From Alphaproteobacteria bacterium (lineage in GTDB: Bacteria; Pseudomonadota; Alphaproteobacteria; GM7ARS4; G965262615), in the NCBI GenBank assembly GCA_965262615.1, contig OZ253545.1, forward strand, positions 1,344,001 to 1,408,000: a stretch of 64,000 bases of DNA, given 5' to 3'. The notes under the pieces are model-generated. The model was given only the letters and a program-made list of their open reading frames with translations. It did not search any database and was not told where the DNA came from. The translations under genes were made by a program, and so were the position numbers. Below, one piece after another: positions 10,532-20,914 of this stretch (position 1 is its first letter; the number at the start of each line of letters is the position of its first letter).

Positions 10532-11666
10532 AAGAGTGCTTCAATGCAAGGGGTGGAGCGATTCGTTTCATGGTTTTCAGCACATAATCCACATCTTTTT
10601 TTGTGTGTTCGGCACCAAAACTGACACGCAACAACTCGGATGCCTGCTTTTTTGTGCCTCCCATGGCGGTGATGACTCGTGATGGCTGAATTTGCCCCGA
10701 TGAACACGCCGAGCCACTGCTCACCGCAATGCCCTCAAGATCCAGTGCCATCACCATCTCAATGCTGCGCCATCCCTCAATGGAAAAACAACTCACCCCC
10801 GCCAGTCTCGGCGATCGCACCCCCCACACAGTCAGACGGGTGGCAAAAATATTATGCAATTGTTTTTCAAAATAATCACGCAAGCTTTCCAGCTGCGATT
10901 GCTGCCGCCACGCCTCAGGACAATGAACCAATGCCGCTGCAAATGACGCAATGGCAGCGACATTCTCTGTTCCCGCCCGCAAGCCGTGTTCCTGTCCGCC
11001 ACCGTGAATCACAGGACGCATCCCCTCCAACAAAGCGGCATCATCACTGAGCACAATCAGCGCGCCCGCGCCCATCGCCCCACCAATCTTGTGAGACGAC
11101 ACCGAAATCATGTCTGCCCCCTCATACCATCGTGATGCCACCCGCCCCAGTGACTGAACGCCATCACAATGAAGCCATCCGCCCGCATCATGAATGGAAC
11201 TGGCGAGGCTTGGAATGTTCCACATCACGCCGGTTTCATTGTTGGCAGCCATCAGTGACACCAAAAATCTCTTTCCCTGACACGCCGCCATCGCCCGCCG
11301 CAACGATTCCTCACACAGCAAACCATCGGCTGTGACATCAACAACAGCCGCCTCCCTTGCCTGTGCCACCTTCCAGACGGAATCATGCTCCACCGCGCTC
11401 ACGATGAGATGAGGCGTGCACACACCCTGCAGTGCCAGATTATTGGCTTCGGTCGCCGATGAGGTGAAAATCACCCGCCGTGATGAGGTGGCGAAAAAAT
11501 CGGCAAAAGACCGCCGCGCCTCATCCAGCACTCGCCTTTTGGCTCTGCCAAACCCATGAACCGATGAGCCATTGCCCACCACCGTCAATTGTTCAGACAA
11601 AGCTTCCCGCGCCGCAGGCAACAATGGCGCGGTGGCATGGTGATCAAAATAACGAGACGGATTCAT
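10521..11666 (-). CDS. Second cysteine desulfurase (NifS/IscS-like)
   Basis: [25 protein letters not shown]. Confidence 0.9.
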   Translation of the reverse strand: MNPSRYFDHHATAPLLPAAREALSEQLTVVGNGSSVHGFGRAKRRVLDEARRSFADFFATSSRRVIFTSSATEANNLALQGVCTPHLIVSAVEHDSVWKVAQAREAAVVDVTADGLLCEESLRRAMAACQGKRFLVSLMAANNETGVMWNIPSLASSIHDAGGWLHCDGVQSLGRVASRWYEGADMISVSSHKIGGAMGAGALIVLSDDAALLEGMRPVIHGGGQEHGLRAGTENVAAIASFAAALVHCPEAWRQQSQLESLRDYFEKQLHNIFATRLTVWGVRSPRLAGVSCFSIEGWRSIEMVMALDLEGIAVSSGSACSSGQIQPSRVITAMGGTKKQASELLRVSFGAEHTKKDVDYVLKTMKRIAPPLALKHSFAL

Positions 11667-12256
11667 CGGTTGCCATCTCGCACAATGCCGTAAGGGTCAA
11701 AGCGATCATCTTTTGCCTTCCTGCCTTGAGACACCGCACGCGCAGGAACGCCCACCACCGTCACCGACGAAGGAACATCATGAGTGACAACAGACCCCGC
11801 ACCCACGCGCGCGAAATCTCCGATGGTCACATTGCCCAAAATATGTGCCCCCGCGCCCACAATCACCCCATTCTCCAGTGTGGGATGCCGCTTATGATTC
11901 ACCTGACTTTTAGAATTGGTCGCAGGCGCAATGCCGCCAAGGGTCACCCCGTGATACAAAGTCACATCGTCACCAATGTGGGTGGTCTCGCCAATCACCA
12001 AGCCACTGCCGTGGTCAATCACCAAGCCCTTGCCAATGCGAGCGGCTGGATGAATCTCAATCTGCGTGAGCAAGCGCGCCAGCCAGCTCACACCGCGCGC
12101 CACAAAATAAAAGCCATGACCCCACAAATAATGCCCCACCCGATGAAACAACAGTGCATGAAATCCCGCATAAAAAAACGCCACCTCCCACAGGGTGCGC
12201 GCCGCAGGGTCTCGCTCCTTAAAAGCTCGTAAATCACGCCCCAAGCTCTTGAACAT
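11663..12256 (-). CDS. cysE: Serine O-acetyltransferase
   Basis: RDPAAR, IEIHPAA, IDHGSG, KRHPTL hexapeptide repeats; start at MFKSL. Confidence 0.93.
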   Translation of the reverse strand: MFKSLGRDLRAFKERDPAARTLWEVAFFYAGFHALLFHRVGHYLWGHGFYFVARGVSWLARLLTQIEIHPAARIGKGLVIDHGSGLVIGETTHIGDDVTLYHGVTLGGIAPATNSKSQVNHKRHPTLENGVIVGAGAHILGNVTIGDFARVGAGSVVTHDVPSSVTVVGVPARAVSQGRKAKDDRFDPYGIVRDGNR

Positions 12257-12344
12257 CACGCCATCCTCATTTACATACAAAGACTTCACGCCAGCTTCAT
12301 ACATGATAGCTTCCAACGCATAGGTCAAGATATGGGATCAAGAT

Positions 12345-12992
12345 ATGGCTAAAATTATTCTCAATGGCTCAGCGGGACGCATTGAATGTCTTTACAGTCG
12401 TGCTGCGAGAAATGCTCCCGTTGTGCTGCTGCTGCATCCTCATCCCCAATTCAGAGGACACATGAACAACCCCATGATGAATCAATTGAGTGACTGTTTT
12501 TCGCAACTGGGCTTTGCCGTCTTACGCCTCAATTTCAGAGGCTCAGGCAAAACCGAAGGCAACCGAGACGAAAAAGAAGGCGACATCCTTGACACCACCA
12601 CCGCACTCAACTGGCTGGAATCTCAGCACGCCGATTCCCAACAAACATGGATTTGTGGCTTCTCATTCGGCGCATGGGTGGGCATGCAACTCCTCATGCG
12701 GCGACCCGGAATCTTTCGCTTCATCTCCATCACGCCCCCCATCGGACCATTCAATTTTGATTTTCTTGCTCCCTGTCCCACATCGGGAGTCATCATTTCC
12801 GCCAAAGCCGACCAATATGTCAATGGCAAGAGTCTCAAAGAACTCAACAGAAAACTCAAAAATACTCGACTCATTGATGTGAAACATCACATCATCAAAG
12901 ATGCCAATCACTTCGTGGCCGGCAAGGAAGATGAAGTCACACACCGAATCCAACAATATGTCACCCGAGAAATGAAAAAAAAGCCTCCATAG
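12345..12992 (+). CDS. Alpha/beta hydrolase (isc-associated)
   Basis: LHPHPQFRGHMNN, GFSFG, QLLMRRP; divergent from cysE as is typical in alphaproteobacteria. Confidence 0.9.
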   Translation: MAKIILNGSAGRIECLYSRAARNAPVVLLLHPHPQFRGHMNNPMMNQLSDCFSQLGFAVLRLNFRGSGKTEGNRDEKEGDILDTTTALNWLESQHADSQQTWICGFSFGAWVGMQLLMRRPGIFRFISITPPIGPFNFDFLAPCPTSGVIISAKADQYVNGKSLKELNRKLKNTRLIDVKHHIIKDANHFVAGKEDEVTHRIQQYVTREMKKKPP

Positions 12993-13013
12993 AGGAATAA
13001 AATCCGCTATGGA
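12984..13013. terminator. Hairpin after hydrolase gene
   Basis: CTCCATAG...CTATGGAG inverted repeat. Confidence 0.35.
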
Positions 13014-13175
13014 GACTCTGCCGAAGGAGGAGGCATCAGAAGCATGTTGCCATTCTTCTTATAAACAGTTTATGTGGTATGGCGTGTTTTTCAATACCCC
13101 TAAAAATAGTTTAGCGTCCATAATTTGATATAATTCAATTACCAAACGCAAAGTATAGACATCCACCACACAGCC

Positions 13176-13916
13176 TCACCGCACGCCGGTGACAAACCAC
13201 TGCCGAATGACGCGCCCCCAATTGCCTCTTCTGTGCCTTGTGGTATCCGTTACATGAAACGCATCGCCAATGTGATGCGCCAGTGACGGCAATTGCGACA
13301 CAATAAAATAACCCCGAGCCAGAAAAAACTTCCCCAAACTGCCTTCTGTCACAAAATTCCACCACGGACCGTAGTCACGCCACAAAGATGTTGGCAATAG
13401 ACACGGATTAAAATTAAATGAATTCCACCTCTCTGTGACACCATCACTGTAACCAAAGAGTGTGCCGTCCAATTTTTTCTTTTTGTAATCGGGGCGATCC
13501 TTGTACCGACGATGCATAGCGTTTGAATAAAGCACCAAAGAAACCTTCTTCGTCCCATCCGTCAATGCGCCACCCAGAATTTTTTTACCAGTGGCAAAAT
13601 CGGGACAAGCATCAAAAATCCAATCATCTTCGGTGTGAAAAATAAAGGGTGTTTGAACACACCCATAGGCTCTGTCTATGGAAGCATGCTGTCCTCGTTT
13701 GGGGTCATTGATGAGAATCGTCCATCCCTTGTCTCGCAAGTCTTCCAGAAACGGCGATGTGACAGGATAATCCTCAACGATGATCTTTTGAGCAAAGACA
13801 TCAAGCCACCCCTTCATAGAATCAATGGAGCGCGCCAACAGCTCATGGCGGTGACAAGAAGTCATGACAAGAGTGATGTCTTTAGCGATGTCTTTAGTGA
13901 TGTCTTTGGCATTCAT
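13176..13916 (-). CDS. Glycosyltransferase (GT2-like, GT-A fold)
   Basis: ITLVMTSCHR, IIVED, GQHASID, FHTEDDW; short KDI(T/A) repeats at N-terminus. Confidence 0.75.
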   Translation of the reverse strand: MNAKDITKDIAKDITLVMTSCHRHELLARSIDSMKGWLDVFAQKIIVEDYPVTSPFLEDLRDKGWTILINDPKRGQHASIDRAYGCVQTPFIFHTEDDWIFDACPDFATGKKILGGALTDGTKKVSLVLYSNAMHRRYKDRPDYKKKKLDGTLFGYSDGVTERWNSFNFNPCLLPTSLWRDYGPWWNFVTEGSLGKFFLARGYFIVSQLPSLAHHIGDAFHVTDTTRHRRGNWGRVIRQWFVTGVR

Positions 13917-13957
13917 GCCGCCAATGGTAACACCGTCACGAAGCAACACAAGAGAAA

Positions 13958-14179
13958 TCAGTGCAATGTGACATGTTGTAGTCCCTTGAGAATGATGGAG
14001 GCAAAGGCGTCATCACGATTGCCATAGACGGCAATGAGTCTGCCGTCCGCATGGTGCGTGGCATAGCATGACTCTCCCTTGATGGTCACATTGCGAATGT
14101 AAGCACACACATCCACACCCAGACAGAGCAAATCACCCTGACTGATGGAACCATGAGGCTTGGCATGATGGAAATTCAT
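13958..14179 (-). CDS. DUF1150 family protein
   Basis: AYIR..., HHADGR, C-terminal VTLH; downstream of Hsp20. Confidence 0.75.
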   Translation of the reverse strand: MNFHHAKPHGSISQGDLLCLGVDVCAYIRNVTIKGESCYATHHADGRLIAVYGNRDDAFASIILKGLQHVTLH

Positions 14180-14243
14180 GGCATCAAAGCCCGCACCCCA
14201 TGAAACGGGGGAGAATCATGGGATGCGGTATCTCTAAGAGTGG

Positions 14244-14765
14244 TCAGTGAGAGAGCTTCGCAGCAGTGGCGTTTTGCTTCTGAGCGGTCGCGCCCACCTC
14301 GTGTGCGATGGCTTTTTTCGCACTTTGAGCGACACCATTGCCCTTCTTGATGGGAATGACCTGTGCGCTCTCCTCCACCTGCGGGCGCACCAGTTCAATG
14401 GTGAGCAAACCGTTATCCAGATGGGCATCGGTCACCTCAATGCCTTCTGCCAGCACGAAGCGGCGTTCAAATTCGCGCGCCGCAATGCCCTGATGCAAAA
14501 AGCGTTTGTCTTGACCCTTTGCCTCGCCATTAGCTTTCTTCTTGCCACTGACGGTCAATTGGTTGCGATTGAAGGTCACATCCAAATCGTCATCGCTGAA
14601 GCCCGCAACGGCAATGCTGATTTGATAGTGATGATCATCCAGCTGCTCAATGTTGTAGGGTGGATAGCCGCCTTGGCTCATCTCACCGAACTCGTCAAGC
14701 ATCCGCTCCAGATGGTCAAACCCCAGCAACGAGGGGTGTTGAAAAAATGAAAGTCGTGTCATCAT
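14244..14765 (-). CDS. ibpA: Small heat shock protein (Hsp20/IbpA)
   Basis: LLGFDHL, YPPYNIE, AVAGF, GIAAREFERRF, NGLLTIEL; AGGAG RBS before MMTR. Confidence 0.93.
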   Translation of the reverse strand: MMTRLSFFQHPSLLGFDHLERMLDEFGEMSQGGYPPYNIEQLDDHHYQISIAVAGFSDDDLDVTFNRNQLTVSGKKKANGEAKGQDKRFLHQGIAAREFERRFVLAEGIEVTDAHLDNGLLTIELVRPQVEESAQVIPIKKGNGVAQSAKKAIAHEVGATAQKQNATAAKLSH

Positions 14766-14792
14766 GACATTCTCCTTTGGAAAGCGAGACTG
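14766..14792 (-). promoter_or_regulatory. ROSE-like RNA thermometer hairpin
   Basis: UCUCGCU-UUCCAA-AGGAGA: U(U/C)GCU motif opposite the Shine-Dalgarno sequence of an sHSP. Confidence 0.6.
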
Positions 14793-14864
14793 CACAAAAG
14801 ACCTCAAAAGCATCCCTGCACAGCGTCTTGGTTGTGCCGACACAAAACCATGCCGACAATACTC

Positions 14865-14893
14865 ATATAGGTGTTTGAATTCACGCCGTCAAG
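14865..14893 (-). promoter_or_regulatory. RpoH (sigma32) promoter of ibpA
   Basis: CTTGAC-N16-CCTATAT matches the alphaproteobacterial CTTGAA-N15/16-CCTATAT consensus. Confidence 0.7.
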
Positions 14894-16409
14894 GCTTTTT
14901 TGAATTGGCAGGCGGCAGAATGGCGTAATAAATCACATGAGGAAATTCGTCAATCACCATTGTCTGTTCTTGCAGCTGCAGACGCTTGATCGCTTGACGG
15001 GTTTTTTCTTTTCTCCGATCATTGCCAGCGATCACAAATAACGCGCCATCTTGTCGCAACAGGTGGTCTTCTTTGGGCTTTTTTTGTGGATACGGATGAG
15101 CCAGACGCACCTCATCGCCTCCATAGAGCGCGAGCAAACTGCCGAATGTTCCGATATTTCCATACACTATCTTGAGGGGAGCGTTTGCTGTCTGCGTATT
15201 CCATTCATGCATGATTTTTTTGCTAATGACCCAGTGATTATCGCTTTGCGGATAAAATCCGTGCGTCAGTGGATAGTAATACACAGGCTTGAGCAACAAC
15301 ACAACGGCAGCCAATAAAATCAGATGCGGGCTATAAGCGCGCCATGTGGGACGCATGGTTGCCACCAGCACAATTCCCCACAGGGCATACATGGGGAGTG
15401 TCCACGAAAAAAAAGGTGCTCCCTGCACAAGCAAGAAACCCGCCGCCAGAATCGCAAAAGGCATAAAGGTGATGAACAAAAGAAAATGGCTCGCGCGCCG
15501 TGTCAGCCCAGCAAAAGGATAGATGAGCCTTGTTCGCAGCGATATGCCTCGTGCCAGCACCGCCACCGCCATGACGGAGGCAACAATCACCATCACCTCG
15601 CTGATGTGCTCAAACTGTCCCGTATGATACCCCATGACCAAAACATGAAAAGCCGTGTCCGCCAAATGATAAAACCCATAATAAATAGGCTTTGCACCAA
15701 TCGTCAGACACAAAATAATGGCGAGGTAAGGGTGGGCGGTTTTATAATGTTGACGCGCCTCACGGTCAATGAGAGTCCATGCCAGCACCGTGCCATAAAG
15801 AAGCCCGATGGATATTTTTGTCCAGCATCCCATTCCCAGCAACACACCCAACACCAGCCAAAACCAATGCTGATGAGCTTTTTCACGCAAGGGGCGCGTG
15901 GCATAAAAGGTGACGAGAGGAATGAAAATCCAAAAAGGATACTGCAGCACATTGTGATTGAGTCCCTGCAAATAGCCATGATTGAACTCAGCGACAGGCG
16001 CGCCCTGATACACCCCCAATGGAATAAGCAAAAACACAGAGACAAGGGCATCGCGTTTATTGTTCAGCAAAGCCAAGCCCATGTAATACACCCCGATATA
16101 TGTGGCAATGACAAACAATTGGGCGGCAATGTTGTGAGGATACACCAACAACGGCTCGCCGAAATTCAGCCAGTGGGTGAGCCAATACGCGACAGGCGGA
16201 TGACGATAATGCTCACCCCAAAAATCAAAGTCGGTCATCCGTCCCACAACGGAGTGAAACAAGATGTCCACATAAGGAATGGGCATGAAAAATGTGACGA
16301 GAATCCCCCACCCCACCATTTGCAAAACACAAATAAGCACCAGCCCGCGCCATGGCTTTTGAACAAAAAAATCCAGCAAAAGATACACGCGTTTGAGCAC
16401 TCTATTCAT
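14889..16409 (-). CDS. GT-C-like glycosyltransferase, array gene 1 (subtype A)
   Basis: Many TM segments; RHPP, NHNVLQYPFW, GCWTKIS. Confidence 0.8.
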   Translation of the reverse strand: MNRVLKRVYLLLDFFVQKPWRGLVLICVLQMVGWGILVTFFMPIPYVDILFHSVVGRMTDFDFWGEHYRHPPVAYWLTHWLNFGEPLLVYPHNIAAQLFVIATYIGVYYMGLALLNNKRDALVSVFLLIPLGVYQGAPVAEFNHGYLQGLNHNVLQYPFWIFIPLVTFYATRPLREKAHQHWFWLVLGVLLGMGCWTKISIGLLYGTVLAWTLIDREARQHYKTAHPYLAIILCLTIGAKPIYYGFYHLADTAFHVLVMGYHTGQFEHISEVMVIVASVMAVAVLARGISLRTRLIYPFAGLTRRASHFLLFITFMPFAILAAGFLLVQGAPFFSWTLPMYALWGIVLVATMRPTWRAYSPHLILLAAVVLLLKPVYYYPLTHGFYPQSDNHWVISKKIMHEWNTQTANAPLKIVYGNIGTFGSLLALYGGDEVRLAHPYPQKKPKEDHLLRQDGALFVIAGNDRRKEKTRQAIKRLQLQEQTMVIDEFPHVIYYAILPPANSKKP

Positions 16410-16412
16410 CTT

Positions 16413-17927
16413 CTATTTTTCGGCTGGCGGCAGAATGGCGTAATAAATCACATGAGGATATTCATCAATCTTCATGCTTTGCTCTGGCAGCTGCCAATCC
16501 TCTATGACTTGATGCCACTGTTTTTTCTCCGAATCCCAATCATCCTCGGAAAAAACAATAAGAGCTCCTTTTTGCTTGAGTTCCTCGTTCATTGTCACAT
16601 CTGGGTAAATGGTTTGATGTTGTTTTTTTTCAATTTCCAAATAGAGGGACAGCAGACCACCTAAATTTCCTGTCCGCCTATTAACAAAGCCTATGGGAGC
16701 ATTTCCTGTCTGGCTATTCCACTGATTCATGATTTTCTCAGAAATCACCCAATGATTATCCGCCCGAGGATAAAATCCGTGCGTCAATGGGTAGTAATAC
16801 ACAGGCTTGAGCAACAGCACAATGGCAGCCAATAAAATCAGATGGGGGGTATAAGTGCGCCATGTGGAACGCATGATTGCCACCAGCACAACACCCCATA
16901 ACCCATACATGGGCAGTGTCCAAGGAAAAGGAGGAACCACCTGCAGAGACACAGACCCCACCAGTATCACGGCAAACGGCATAAAGGTGATGAACAAGAG
17001 AAAGAAACTCCCCCGCCGTGTCATGTGTGCAAAGGGATACATCAAACGGGTCTGTAATGATACGCCTCTCGCCACAATCGCCACACCCACCATAGAAGCC
17101 CAAATCTCTAAAATAGCAGTGGCTCTATTCAATCTATCCAAATTGAATGCGAAGATTGAAACATACTGAACCACATAAGCCCAATGATAAAGCCCATAAT
17201 AAATGGGCTTTGCACCAATCAACAGACACAAAATAATGGCGAGGTAGGGGTAGACGGTTTTATAATGTTGACGCGCCTCACGGTCAATCAGAGTCCATGC
17301 CAACAGTGTGCCATAAAGTATCCCGATGGAGATTTTTGTCCAGCATCCCATTCCCAACAACACACCCAACACCAACCACCACAAAGATTGCCGCGCTTTC
17401 TCACTCAAAGGACGCGTGGCATAAAAGGTGACGAGAGGAAGCAACACCCAAAACGGATACTGCAGCACATTGTGATTGAGTCCCGCCAAATGCCCCTGAG
17501 CGAATGTCAAAGTGGGTGCGCCTTGATACACCCCCAACGGAATAAGCAGCAAAACAGCAACAAGGGCATCGCGTTTATTGTTCAGCAACGCCAACGCCAT
17601 GTAATACACCCCAATATATGTGGCGATGACAAAAATCTGTGCGGCGATGTTATGAGAATTAACCAGCAACGGCTCGCCAAAATTCAGCCAATGGGTGAGC
17701 CAGTAAGCCAAAGGCGGATGACGATACGCATCGCCCCAAAAATCAGCATCAGGACTTCTTCCAACAAATGTATGGAACAAGATGTCAGAATAGGGGATGG
17801 GCATGAAAAATGTGACGAGAATCCCCCACCCCACCATTTGCAAAACACAGATGAGAATCAGCCCGCGTGATGGCTTTTCCACAAAAAAATCCAACCACTG
17901 ATAGATGCGTGCGAGCAATGTATTCAT
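16413..17927 (-). CDS. GT-C-like glycosyltransferase, array gene 2 (subtype A)
   Basis: Paralog with the same motifs. Confidence 0.8.
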   Translation of the reverse strand: MNTLLARIYQWLDFFVEKPSRGLILICVLQMVGWGILVTFFMPIPYSDILFHTFVGRSPDADFWGDAYRHPPLAYWLTHWLNFGEPLLVNSHNIAAQIFVIATYIGVYYMALALLNNKRDALVAVLLLIPLGVYQGAPTLTFAQGHLAGLNHNVLQYPFWVLLPLVTFYATRPLSEKARQSLWWLVLGVLLGMGCWTKISIGILYGTLLAWTLIDREARQHYKTVYPYLAIILCLLIGAKPIYYGLYHWAYVVQYVSIFAFNLDRLNRATAILEIWASMVGVAIVARGVSLQTRLMYPFAHMTRRGSFFLLFITFMPFAVILVGSVSLQVVPPFPWTLPMYGLWGVVLVAIMRSTWRTYTPHLILLAAIVLLLKPVYYYPLTHGFYPRADNHWVISEKIMNQWNSQTGNAPIGFVNRRTGNLGGLLSLYLEIEKKQHQTIYPDVTMNEELKQKGALIVFSEDDWDSEKKQWHQVIEDWQLPEQSMKIDEYPHVIYYAILPPAEK

Positions 17928-17930
17928 CTT

Positions 17931-19415
17931 CTATTTCTCAGTGGGTGGGAGGATTGCGTAATAAATCACATGGGGATATTGGTCAATCGCCATTGTTTGT
18001 TCTGGCAGCTGAAGTTTTTTCATGACAAGACGCATTGAGTCCTTTTGCCAATCACCGTCACTGGAGAGCAGCAGTGCGCCGTTTGCATTGTGCTCCTTTG
18101 TCAGCTCACCATTGAAGATGCTTTGCGGCGCGTCCGCTCCCGCATAAAGAGCCACCACCCCGGCGAGTCTGCCAATATTGCCATAGATTGTGGTGAGGGG
18201 AGCGTTGTGTGTCTGGGCGTTCCATTCATCCATGATTTTTTCGCTGATGACCCAATGATTGTCGCTTTGCGGATAAAATCCGTGCGCCAGTGGATAGTAA
18301 TACACCGGCTTGAGCAACAGCACAACGGCAGCCAACAGCATCACATGAGGGCTATAGACGCGCCAAGCAGGACGCATGATTGCCACCAAAACGATTCCCC
18401 ACAGGGCATACATGGGCAGTGTCCACGAAAAAGCGGGCTCTATGTGAAGCCACGCCGCGACCATCATAAGAATTGCAAAAGGCATAAAGGTGACAACCAA
18501 GAGAAAATGGCTCATCCGCCGTGTCAGACCCACAAAGGGATAACAAAGGCGCGTGTCTTTTGATACGCCTCGTGCCAGCATCGCGACCGCCATCATGGAG
18601 GCAAAAATCACCAGCACCTCGCTGATGCGATCAAAGTCGGCGACATAGTGTGCCTTGTCCATAATGTATTCGGTCATATCTTTCCAATGGAGAATTCCAT
18701 AATACAAAGGTTTCATCCCAATCGTCAGACACACAAGAAGGGCGAGATAGGGCGCAATGGTTTTGTAATGCTGGCGCGCCTCACGGTCAATGAGAGTCCA
18801 TGCCAGCACCGTGCCATACAGTAGCCCGATGGAGATTTTTGTCCAGAATCCCATTCCCAACAAAACGCCTAATACCAACCACCAAAAAGATTGCCGCGCC
18901 TTCTCACTCAAGGGGCGTGTGGCATAAAGGGTGACGAGAGGAATGAAAATCCACAAAGGATACTGCAACACATTGTGATTGAGCCCCTGCAAGTAGCCAT
19001 GATTGAATTCGGTGATGGGCGCGCCCTGATACACTCCCAATGGAATAAGCAAAAACACAGAAACCAAAGCCTGCACTTTGTCTTTGAACAAAGCCAATGC
19101 CATGTAATAAACACCACCATATGTGGCAATGACGAACAATTGGGCGGCGATGTTGTGAGGATACACCAGCAAATTCTCACCGAAATTCAGCCAATGGGTG
19201 AGCATATAGGCAAGCGGCGGATGATGAAAGGACTCACCCCAAAAATTATGACTTCTTCCAATGAAAGAATGAAACACAATATCAAAATACGGGATGGGCA
19301 TGAAAAATGTGACAAGAATTCCCCACCCCACCATTTGCAAAGCACAGATGAGCAAAAGCCCCCGTGACGGTTTTTGCACAAAGAAATCCAACCACCGATA
19401 GCCGTGTGCCAACAC
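17931..19415 (-). CDS. GT-C-like glycosyltransferase, array gene 3 (subtype A, GTG start)
   Basis: Paralog; the ATG at the homologous position is absent. Confidence 0.78.
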   Translation of the reverse strand: MLAHGYRWLDFFVQKPSRGLLLICALQMVGWGILVTFFMPIPYFDIVFHSFIGRSHNFWGESFHHPPLAYMLTHWLNFGENLLVYPHNIAAQLFVIATYGGVYYMALALFKDKVQALVSVFLLIPLGVYQGAPITEFNHGYLQGLNHNVLQYPLWIFIPLVTLYATRPLSEKARQSFWWLVLGVLLGMGFWTKISIGLLYGTVLAWTLIDREARQHYKTIAPYLALLVCLTIGMKPLYYGILHWKDMTEYIMDKAHYVADFDRISEVLVIFASMMAVAMLARGVSKDTRLCYPFVGLTRRMSHFLLVVTFMPFAILMMVAAWLHIEPAFSWTLPMYALWGIVLVAIMRPAWRVYSPHVMLLAAVVLLLKPVYYYPLAHGFYPQSDNHWVISEKIMDEWNAQTHNAPLTTIYGNIGRLAGVVALYAGADAPQSIFNGELTKEHNANGALLLSSDGDWQKDSMRLVMKKLQLPEQTMAIDQYPHVIYYAILPPTEK

Positions 19416-19426
19416 CTTATTGGTCT

Positions 19427-20911
19427 CTATTTTTCGGCTGGCGGTAGAATGGCGTAATGAATCACATGGGGATACTCATCAATCTTCATGGTCTGCTCTG
19501 GCACCTGCAGGTCCTCTATGATTTGGTAAAAATGATCCTTATACCATTGAGCACTGTCAAAAACAACAAGAGCGCCCCTGTGGCGTTCATTCTCTACTAT
19601 ACGCTCTTGAGGCGTATCGGCGTCGTTATAGAGGGATACCACACCTCCAAGAACTCCAGCAGTGCCATAGACGATGCCCAGGGGCGCATTGTCTGTCTGC
19701 TGATTCCATTCATCCATGATTTTCTCAGCAACGACCCAGTGATTGTCCACTCTAGGATACAATTTGTGTTTCATTGAGGAGTGATAGACAGGCTCGAGCA
19801 ACAGCACAATGGCAGCCAATAAAATCAGATGAGGGGTATAAGTTCGCCATGTGGAACGCATGATTGCCACCAGCACAACGCCCCATAGCCCATACATGGG
19901 CAGTGTCCAAGAAAAGAGAGGGGGCGACCGCCACACCGCTCCCACCGCCAGAACCGCGAAAGGCATAAAGGTGATGAACAAGAGAAAATGGCTCGCGCGC
20001 CGCGTCATAGAAGCGAAGGGGTAACAAAGACGAGTCCGCAACGATATCCCTCCAGCCAGCACCGCCACCGCCGCCATATAAAGCAAAATATTCCAAATAT
20101 GAGTGATGGAATTAGAGTCGGCTTCATGGTGTATCTTTTCCACAAGATACTGAGCCATGTTCTGCCAATAGAGCAGTCCATAATACAGAGGCTTTGCGCC
20201 AATTGCCAGACACACAAGAAAGGCAAGATAGGGATAGGGAGTTTTGTAATGCTGACGCGCCTCACGATCAATCAGAGTCCATGCCAGAATCGCGCCATAA
20301 AGCAAGCCGATGGAGATTTTTGTCCAGAAACCAATCCCCAACAACACCCCCAGTGCCAGCCACCACCAATGCTGATGTGCCTTTTCACTCAAAGGACGCG
20401 TGGCATGAAAGGCGGCGAGAGGAATCAACACCCAAAACGGATACTGCAACACATTGTGATTGAGTCCCTGCAAATCCCATAGCCCGTGATACACCCCCAA
20501 TGGAATGAGCAACAATACAGAAACAAAAGCGTGCACTTTATTTTTGAATAATGCCAACCCCATATGATAAACCCCAAAATATGTGGCAATGACAAACAGT
20601 TGCGCGGCAATGTTGTGAGGATACAGCAAAAACGGCTCGCCGAAATTCAGCCAATGGGTGAGCAAATAAGCTGCCGGTGGATGACGATAATACTCACCCC
20701 AAAAATTGACACCAAGATCCCTTCCAACATAGGTATGGTACAAGATGTCATAATGAGGGATGGGCATGAAGAATGTGACGAGAATGAACCATGCCACCAT
20801 TTGCAAGCCACAGATGAGCAATAGCCCACGCATCGGCTTTTGCACAAAAAAATCCAACCCCCGATAGCCGTGTGTCAATAATTGATTGCCGTATGTCAAA
20901 AGTTTATTCAT
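19427..20911 (-). CDS. GT-C-like glycosyltransferase, array gene 4 (subtype A)
   Basis: Paralog; shortened loop before LQGLNHNV. Confidence 0.8.
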   Translation of the reverse strand: MNKLLTYGNQLLTHGYRGLDFFVQKPMRGLLLICGLQMVAWFILVTFFMPIPHYDILYHTYVGRDLGVNFWGEYYRHPPAAYLLTHWLNFGEPFLLYPHNIAAQLFVIATYFGVYHMGLALFKNKVHAFVSVLLLIPLGVYHGLWDLQGLNHNVLQYPFWVLIPLAAFHATRPLSEKAHQHWWWLALGVLLGIGFWTKISIGLLYGAILAWTLIDREARQHYKTPYPYLAFLVCLAIGAKPLYYGLLYWQNMAQYLVEKIHHEADSNSITHIWNILLYMAAVAVLAGGISLRTRLCYPFASMTRRASHFLLFITFMPFAVLAVGAVWRSPPLFSWTLPMYGLWGVVLVAIMRSTWRTYTPHLILLAAIVLLLEPVYHSSMKHKLYPRVDNHWVVAEKIMDEWNQQTDNAPLGIVYGTAGVLGGVVSLYNDADTPQERIVENERHRGALVVFDSAQWYKDHFYQIIEDLQVPEQTMKIDEYPHVIHYAILPPAEK

Positions 20912-20914
20912 GGG

